A DNA stretch of 64,000 bases. Source: a virus. Its lineage: Duplodnaviria; Heunggongvirae; Uroviricota; Caudoviricetes. The stretch is from the IMG/VR virus record IMGVR_UViG_3300028887_000002, positions 32,001 through 96,000 of that record; one strand, 5' to 3'. Below, piece after piece: positions 58,010-64,000 of this stretch; positions within the stretch are counted from its first letter, which is position 1, and every line of letters starts with the position of its first letter. The position numbers were made by a program, and so were the translations under genes. The notes beneath the pieces were generated by a model, which ran no database searches, had not been told where the DNA came from, and saw only the letters and a program-made list of their open reading frames with translations.

Positions 58010-58160
58010 AAAAAAGGGCTGGGATTTTTGCAACTCCCAACCGTCTAATTCTGAATGATGTCAACTGCTTTACTTGCTTTCGCCTCGGTTTTTATGCTTC
58101 GGACACGGCGCGTTGACTGCGCTCTCACACCATTTGGATATTAGTCCAATCTGGCTTGCG
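58010..58160 (-). ncRNA. structured intergenic RNA candidate plus terminator
   Basis: TTGGA/TCCAA and GTCAAC/GTTGAC stems; GGTTGGGA/TCCCAGCC hairpin with U-tract. Confidence 0.4.
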
Positions 58161-58161
58161 A

Positions 58162-58842
58162 CTATTTCTTTTTTGCCTTGTTCTTGCCCTTATATACCAT
58201 CTTGCATTCGTATACATTGTTGTCCGAGTCAAGGAACATGAACTTGTCGGCCAGTTGCATAACACCTAACTTTGGGGTATTGTTACCGCCGTGAGAAATA
58301 TTTTCGTTAAGAAGTACCTTTGTAATTGCAGCAAGTTTTGCATCTACGGTTTCGTCTACAATCTGACGTATTTTATCATAGTCTATTGTTCCCGTATCTT
58401 CATCAAGCGCAGGTAACATTGATTTTTTCGAATTTTCCTTCTGCTGGTCGTATTCCTCAAGTTGCTCGTTGATGCGTGATATGTTATCAATGCCTGAAAT
58501 ATTGGCAAGTCTATTGGTAAATTCATCCATCCTTGGGTCTGAAGGTGACATTTCACACGGATTCTTCAGTATGCTTTCCAATATCGCCTTCGGTACACCA
58601 CACTTGTCAAGATTCTTTGGTTTTCGACCATTCTTGATTTCTTCAAGTTCCTTGTCGGCGCTCCAACTGTCGTCATCTTTCGGTACGTATTTGCCGAATA
58701 CCATCTCGTTGAGTTCTTCCACACTACCCGTTACCATCTGTGGCGCATTTCTCTTTTGTGCTGCTGTTGCTTGAACCCCACCGCTTTTCTGTAGGTCTTT
58801 ATATAATGCTAAGGTTTCTGCTAATGATTTGCTGTCTGCCAT
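58162..58842 (-). CDS. hypothetical protein
   Basis: 226 aa; contains LLNE. Confidence 0.75.
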   Translation of the reverse strand: MADSKSLAETLALYKDLQKSGGVQATAAQKRNAPQMVTGSVEELNEMVFGKYVPKDDDSWSADKELEEIKNGRKPKNLDKCGVPKAILESILKNPCEMSPSDPRMDEFTNRLANISGIDNISRINEQLEEYDQQKENSKKSMLPALDEDTGTIDYDKIRQIVDETVDAKLAAITKVLLNENISHGGNNTPKLGVMQLADKFMFLDSDNNVYECKMVYKGKNKAKKK

Positions 58843-58880
58843 AATTCTAGAATTTTTATATGTAATATAGAGGTTGAAAA

Positions 58881-59864
58881 TTATAAAACCAACTTCTTGT
58901 CAAGTTTTTCTATGCGTTCCATAAGTGAAAGGACTTTCTTGACGCTTTCGTCCATAGTCTCAGCGTTTTGGTCTACCCACTGGCCACTCATATACTCTTT
59001 TTTCTTTGCTCTCTTTTCACGAGCCAGTTGATTTTTCCTTTCCCTTTCACGTTCCTTCTTTTGTTTCTCAATGTCGTTAAGGATTTCCTCGGTATCATCG
59101 TGAACCATATTGCCAGTTTCTTCACGCTCTTTCCATCTGCGTTCCCTGTCCTTGAGATTACGGATGTCCATTTTCTCTCTGCGTTCCTTCTCCTGCCAAG
59201 CCTTTTCCATTTCAGCCTGCTTCTGTGCTTCGGCTTCTGCTTCTTGCGCTTCAACGTCTGCCCATATGTCTTTCTCTGGTTGGGTTGGTTTCGGTCCTGT
59301 CGTTGGTTCGTCCGATGGAGTTTCCTCCTTCTTAGTATCAAAAGCCTTTGAGGTTTTTAATATATCCATTGTAATTGGTGATTTCAAAAGTTCAAGGTTT
59401 GATTTGCCAACATCGAGGCTCTTTTCCGCCGAGGTCATCTTTGGATTTGTTGCATTGTCGACCTGCGGCACTTCTGCATTTTTGAATGACACAATCTTGT
59501 GAACTGTAGCCATTGTCTTGTCACCGTTAGGGTTGAATTTTCCATACTTTGGGCTTGGTGGATGATTGAACGTCTGACCAGTTTCCTTCCATGATGAAAT
59601 CCTATCGGTTCTGAAGAACTTCCAGTGGGGAACGGTTGTGGTTGTGTCGCCGTAAGGTTCAAAAGCCCTTATGACATCGTGACCATTCTTGTCCTGTCCA
59701 TAAGCATATACCTCTATCACTCTTGCGCCAGTATGTTTGTCCTCACCTTTCGAGTGGTAGTTAATGATAACCCTGTGGCGATTGTCAATGGCACTTCCGA
59801 TTTCAGTCGGACTTACTGTTGATTCTTCCAAGAGTTCTCTGAATATGTGTTCAAGCAATGTCAT
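58881..59864 (-). CDS. WYL-like domain protein with charged coiled-coil tail
   Basis: AI.NR..V.I.Y...R.IE.YAYG...IRA...WKFFRTDRI. Confidence 0.65.
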   Translation of the reverse strand: MTLLEHIFRELLEESTVSPTEIGSAIDNRHRVIINYHSKGEDKHTGARVIEVYAYGQDKNGHDVIRAFEPYGDTTTTVPHWKFFRTDRISSWKETGQTFNHPPSPKYGKFNPNGDKTMATVHKIVSFKNAEVPQVDNATNPKMTSAEKSLDVGKSNLELLKSPITMDILKTSKAFDTKKEETPSDEPTTGPKPTQPEKDIWADVEAQEAEAEAQKQAEMEKAWQEKERREKMDIRNLKDRERRWKEREETGNMVHDDTEEILNDIEKQKKERERERKNQLAREKRAKKKEYMSGQWVDQNAETMDESVKKVLSLMERIEKLDKKLVL

Positions 59865-59870
59865 TTCTTC

Positions 59871-60236
59871 CTAAAGTGTAAATTGTCCCTCATAAAGTTC
59901 ATCATTATATTCAGGATACGGGAAATCTACATTGTATAGACTCCTAATCATAGACTGCCTCCTTGCATAGTTGTCAGTGTTGGGGGTATCTATGTTACCA
60001 TTACCAGCGTTTGAATCGATATCAGTATCGAAATTGGAATAGTATAACCCCCTCGGTTGTCTTGGGTCTGGTAGATAGAACCCGTGTCCTGGATGTCCTG
60101 TACCCTTACCTTGCCAGTCTCCGTCAGCAAGCGCATCGGGGTGGGTCGAACTATACTGGTTCGTCCTTTGGTAGTCACTACGGACTTCCATCTCGTGACG
60201 TGCGTCCATTGACCGTATTTCAAGGCAGGTCTGCAT
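59871..60236 (-). CDS. hypothetical protein, tandem paralog A
   Basis: HPDALA.GDWQGKGTGHPGH shared with 60254-60703. Confidence 0.8.
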   Translation of the reverse strand: MQTCLEIRSMDARHEMEVRSDYQRTNQYSSTHPDALADGDWQGKGTGHPGHGFYLPDPRQPRGLYYSNFDTDIDSNAGNGNIDTPNTDNYARRQSMIRSLYNVDFPYPEYNDELYEGQFTL

Positions 60237-60253
60237 AACTCACTAAATATGAT

Positions 60254-60703
60254 TTAGGTTCTTGCTACTGCTGAATAACCACCAACATTACCTCTTTCGG
60301 TTCTTGCCCTCATTGATGCTATTGATTCAACATACTGTCCCTCGTTAACATTTGCTGAGGTGTCAATTATATTTTCGGTGTAAGGATTTACACTGCTGTA
60401 GAGGCTTCTTGTCATCATCTGCAACCTTGCCCAGTTGTCAGTATTCGGTGTGCGTTCGTCACCGTTACCAGCATGGCTTTCGTATGCAGTATCGAAGTTC
60501 GAATAATTGAACAGTCCTGTAGGCAAAGTGCAGTCAGGCAACCAGTGCGAATGACCTGGATGTCCCGTACCTTTACCCTGCCAGTCACCGTTTGCAAGAG
60601 CATCAGGGTGGTTGGCGTTATATTGGTTGGTTCTCTGATAGTCACTGCGGATTTCCATCTCGTGACGGGCGTCCATTGACCTTATTTCCAAACAAGTGCG
60701 CAT
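60254..60703 (-). CDS. hypothetical protein, tandem paralog B
   Basis: TATTTATT (60743-60736) upstream. Confidence 0.8.
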   Translation of the reverse strand: MRTCLEIRSMDARHEMEIRSDYQRTNQYNANHPDALANGDWQGKGTGHPGHSHWLPDCTLPTGLFNYSNFDTAYESHAGNGDERTPNTDNWARLQMMTRSLYSSVNPYTENIIDTSANVNEGQYVESIASMRARTERGNVGGYSAVART

Positions 60704-60760
60704 ATTGTTAAAATTTTTTGTTCTTTATTTTACCTAATAAATAGTTCGGTTTATTGTTTT

Positions 60761-62167
60761 TTATCTGATTTTGTACCAAAAGTTCTCATACAAATTCACA
60801 TCCCTCATAATTGAGAGTTTGGATTTTTTGAACCTAACGATAATCTTTCCGATTTTCTTGTATGCTATTTTCAAAGTTCTCTTCAATCTATTAATGAGAT
60901 ATTTCTTTGAAAAATTGTATTTTATTGCATATGGCTCGGCATATTTATCACCGTCAGAAGATGATAATATTTTCAATGCCTCTTCCGTATGTGAAATCAT
61001 TTGATATAAGGCTGATTCTTTTACTATCTTGTCCACCTCGTTGGGTTGTGGGTCGGATTCTTTAAGTTGTCCATATAATCCATTGAGGTAACCATCTAGT
61101 TCATAGTCAAATGAAAGATATAACCCTGTTGCCACAGTTCGTTCTTCTAATGTTTCACCATTATACATTATACCTTCAACAAAGCGATAGAAATCATCAT
61201 CTTTTCGGTCTTGAAAGTTCAACTTTGTCTTTTCCTGCTGATACAGGTATTCAACCTCGTGGAAGATAGAATCATACAAATCATTTGAAACCAAATGTCC
61301 CGAAAGGTAGCATAATGCAATATTTATAAACCTCATTCCTTTATATGAAATACTGTTTGCTGGCTTATGGGGTTTTTCTTTCTCATATTCCTCCCTACTA
61401 TTGAAATAATAGTTAAAGCAACTAACTAAAATATCACCGACTTTAAATGAGAAATTCTCTTCATCTTTATCAAATCCATGCTTCTTGATGTTTGAAAATA
61501 TTTCAAAACTAATATCCTCTACATCCTTGCTTATGGATAATTCTTCATTGATTATTGAATTTATGTTTTTTTTTATTACTTCTTCATTTAACATATTTCT
61601 TTTCAATTTTTCAGTTTGTTCTTCTGTTATATAAAAAGTCCTTCCTTCATTTACTGAACTCTTCACCTTGTTGGGTTTTGTGATTTTGAAACCAGACTCA
61701 GCAACATTCAACAGATTCTTGTTAATATCACTCATCTTAATCTTGGTTTCCTTTGGCGGTTTTACAATTCTATCCTTTGTATGTTCTTTTCTAAAAGAAT
61801 TATTTAAACCACCCATGGCCTTTGCTTGCTTGAAACCTTTTACTGTTTCAATTGCGGTATTCAAGGTATTTCTCACCCAGTTTTCCATAGGTTCGCCACC
61901 GTTAAGAATATAGTTTACAGAATCCCTGCTACCATTGTAGTTATCAAAGAAGTTCTTTATACGTTTCATTTCATTGTAGAGGATACCACCTTCGTTGTCA
62001 TTCATATTGATTATGTTGACAAGACGCTTATAACCTTCCACGGACTTGTCGCCCTTGTACTTGTCGAGGGTTTCTTTCAAATGTGCATATATGTTCTTTC
62101 CCAGTGGAAATCTTCTTCCTTTGAGTTCGCTGTTGCCGTCACCCGATTCAAACAATAAGTGTAACAT
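60761..62167 (-). CDS. two-domain hypothetical protein joined by an NE/TEEQ linker
   Basis: SVNEGRTFYITEEQ...MLNEE...IINEE linker. Confidence 0.75.
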   Translation of the reverse strand: MLHLLFESGDGNSELKGRRFPLGKNIYAHLKETLDKYKGDKSVEGYKRLVNIINMNDNEGGILYNEMKRIKNFFDNYNGSRDSVNYILNGGEPMENWVRNTLNTAIETVKGFKQAKAMGGLNNSFRKEHTKDRIVKPPKETKIKMSDINKNLLNVAESGFKITKPNKVKSSVNEGRTFYITEEQTEKLKRNMLNEEVIKKNINSIINEELSISKDVEDISFEIFSNIKKHGFDKDEENFSFKVGDILVSCFNYYFNSREEYEKEKPHKPANSISYKGMRFINIALCYLSGHLVSNDLYDSIFHEVEYLYQQEKTKLNFQDRKDDDFYRFVEGIMYNGETLEERTVATGLYLSFDYELDGYLNGLYGQLKESDPQPNEVDKIVKESALYQMISHTEEALKILSSSDGDKYAEPYAIKYNFSKKYLINRLKRTLKIAYKKIGKIIVRFKKSKLSIMRDVNLYENFWYKIR

Positions 62168-62176
62168 GAGTGTAAA

Positions 62177-62515
62177 TTAGTTTTTAGGGTTGATATTTCT
62201 ACTATTTTCAATATCCTTATTAAGTTCGTCATAGTTGCTGAATGAAACATCATCATATATATCAACACAATCATCGGCAGAGGTTGGTCTTGAAGCATAA
62301 CTGAATGAAGCATATCTTCCCCACATCTGCGGGCAAATCATATTTGCATACTGGTCGGTTGTGGACGGGTTTCCATTCTCACCTGGTTCAATATATCCAT
62401 CTGGTTTTATAAACCTCTGTCCTCCATATTCGGGCGTATCGCTTGGATTCTCCGTGTTATATATAATACCGTTCAGTTGGTCTTCCGTTATTCTGAATAT
62501 TCTTTTTGGCTTCAT
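62177..62515 (-). CDS. hypothetical protein
   Basis: RIFRITEDQ leader. Confidence 0.7.
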   Translation of the reverse strand: MKPKRIFRITEDQLNGIIYNTENPSDTPEYGGQRFIKPDGYIEPGENGNPSTTDQYANMICPQMWGRYASFSYASRPTSADDCVDIYDDVSFSNYDELNKDIENSRNINPKN

Positions 62516-62532
62516 AATTTTTTCAATTATAC

Positions 62533-62550
62533 TATTTATATTTATAAATA
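62533..62550. promoter_or_regulatory. overlapping bidirectional TATTTATA motifs
   Basis: Plus copies at 62533 and 62539; minus copy at 62543-62550; between divergent genes. Confidence 0.6.
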
Positions 62551-62570
62551 TAGCATAGATTTGATTTTAG

Positions 62571-64000
62571 ATGTCAAACATTCTTAACCATAACCGACTT
62601 GACTTTGATTTTGCCCTTAACAAGAGTGAATACTGGGACTTTCATCTCGCAAAGACCCGTCAGTTCCTTCCGTATATGTTCGAACTGACCGACAAGTGTC
62701 TCTTATCATACATTGATACCAACGACAAGGCTTGCTTGGTGGATGTATCTCTTTTTTCAAAGGACAAGTTTGTTTGGAATGACGCAAGGAATAATGGCTT
62801 GACTTTGGAGAATATCGGTTATACAGGTATTGATAACGGACTTATAACATATAATAAGAATGAAATATCGAACCGTCAGTTCCTTGAAATATTCGAGAAC
62901 TCCACGTATTCGATTCCGCAAGACGACTACAGATTCAAGGTAAATCCAGTGGATGGTAATAACCTTATATACGATTATGATAGTGAAATTGGTACTTTGA
63001 ACGGTATTGAGGTTGCAAAACTTAATGGCGGTTTCTATCAAGGGTTCTTCAGGACTGATGATGGTTGTGACTACAGGGTTTTGCCGTCAAGTCTTGAAAA
63101 TGGTATAACACTGGAGTTCGTATTGTGCCGTAACGACTTTGAGGTTGATTATGATGAGTGCCGTTATACCTTGAACGACAAGTATCAGGGTAACAAGGGT
63201 ATCTTCTTCTATATGGGAACCCGTGCGGAGAACAAGTGGTGGAAATACTATGATACCGATGAGAAGTTTGAAAAATCTGGCAACCATTACTTTATTGATG
63301 GATATAAGGTTGACGGGTATGAACTTGATGAAAGCACTGAAACGGATGCACAATACTTTGCATTAAGAGACAGGACTTCCTACTTTGCTGACAATTATGC
63401 TGTGGGTGATTATATTACAAGGGAATTTGACGAAAGCGAATATGACTATACCTATATAATTAATGAAGGATATTACCTTGAGGACATCACCTTTGGTAAC
63501 GGCAAACCTTTCTGGACTAAGGACGGACATTTGCTTTCACAGCCAAACATTATTGAATATAAGACCGACAACAAGTACCTTATGTTTGATAGGACTAAGG
63601 AAGGTACTACTGCAAGCACTTGGGAGGAAGGAACTATAGCGATTATCACTGATATTAAGGTTGACTTGAAGGAAAATGGGTTCTTGCTATTCAACAGGAC
63701 TAAGAAAGGTTATACAGCAAAGTCTGTCGGTGAGTTGTACGAGAAGGAATCTAAGCATTACAATGTTGTCAATGATATTATCAACAACGCTTTCGGTTTG
63801 CAGATAACTGATGATGGCCGAATTGGTTATAAATATATTGTCAGGGATTGTGAGGCTGAACTCAAATACAAGGTTGAGAGTGAATATTCCTTTGAAAATG
63901 TTGTTCCCTACGGAAGATGGTGTGTTATAGATTTAAGAATATTGCCTAATTCAATCCCTGGGATTGCTGGTTACCACGCATATAGGAAGGAAGGGCATAA
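62571..64000 (+). CDS. large putative structural protein (partial, runs off the window)
   Basis: Begins MSNILNHNRLDFDF...; N-terminal part translated by eye without stops; absent from the track, consistent with no stop in the window. Confidence 0.75.
   Translation, partial: MSNILNHNRLDFDFALNKSEYWDFHLAKTRQFLPYMFELTDKCLLSYIDTNDKACLVDVSLFSKDKFVWNDARNNGLTLENIGYTGIDNGLITYNKNEISNRQFLEIFENSTYSIPQDDYRFKVNPVDGNNLIYDYDSEIGTLNGIEVAKLNGGFYQGFFRTDDGCDYRVLPSSLENGITLEFVLCRNDFEVDYDECRYTLNDKYQGNKGIFFYMGTRAENKWWKYYDTDEKFEKSGNHYFIDGYKVDGYELDESTETDAQYFALRDRTSYFADNYAVGDYITREFDESEYDYTYIINEGYYLEDITFGNGKPFWTKDGHLLSQPNIIEYKTDNKYLMFDRTKEGTTASTWEEGTIAIITDIKVDLKENGFLLFNRTKKGYTAKSVGELYEKESKHYNVVNDIINNAFGLQITDDGRIGYKYIVRDCEAELKYKVESEYSFENVVPYGRWCVIDLRILPNSIPGIAGYHAYRKEGH

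Noticed and set aside
53496-58134. Shared 13-mer AATGGTGTGAGAG in two noncoding elements on opposite strands
   Set aside because: A single 13-nt match is expected by chance in 64 kb, and the flanks do not align.
1-64000. Stop-codon reassignment (TAG to Gln, as in Lak phages)
   Set aside because: Terminase, portal and other long genes are intact in code 11, several genes end in TAG at sensible positions, and no CTA or TCA suppressor tRNA is seen. The 54394 tRNA loop centres on TCT.

Overview
64 kb segment of a large (jumbo/huge) tailed phage with a T4-like terminase (48803-50707) and gp20-type portal (51058-53046), read in the standard genetic code. Twelve TTTG-N19/20-TAnnTTTG promoters point to a Bacteroidota host. 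A second motif, TATTTAT(A/T), precedes the likely late and structural genes. The window holds many small minus-strand hypothetical genes, DNA-metabolism genes (two C5 methyltransferases, PD-(D/E)XK nuclease, SSB, pyrimidine-dimer glycosylase), RNA-repair genes (Thg1, RNA ligase, phosphoesterases), DnaK/DnaJ/AAA-M41/IF3, an intein, a tnpB-only IS605-type element with a separate 45-bp end-fusion scar, and a tRNA/ncRNA cluster (53294-55742) with several atypical tRNAs. The most promising novel candidates are: (1) three ACAGCAA-containing hairpin RNAs, one carrying a tRNA-Asn anticodon stem-loop, directly downstream of a DUF2828/TROVE-like VWA gene, a possible Ro60/Y-RNA-like system; (2) an orphan TnpB omegaRNA scaffold embedded in a large structured ncRNA; (3) virion-cargo cassettes bounded by (L/I/V)NE motifs and shuffled between late genes; (4) a probable -1 slippage fusion at an A10 tract. 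All calls come from reading motifs by eye; no searches were run.
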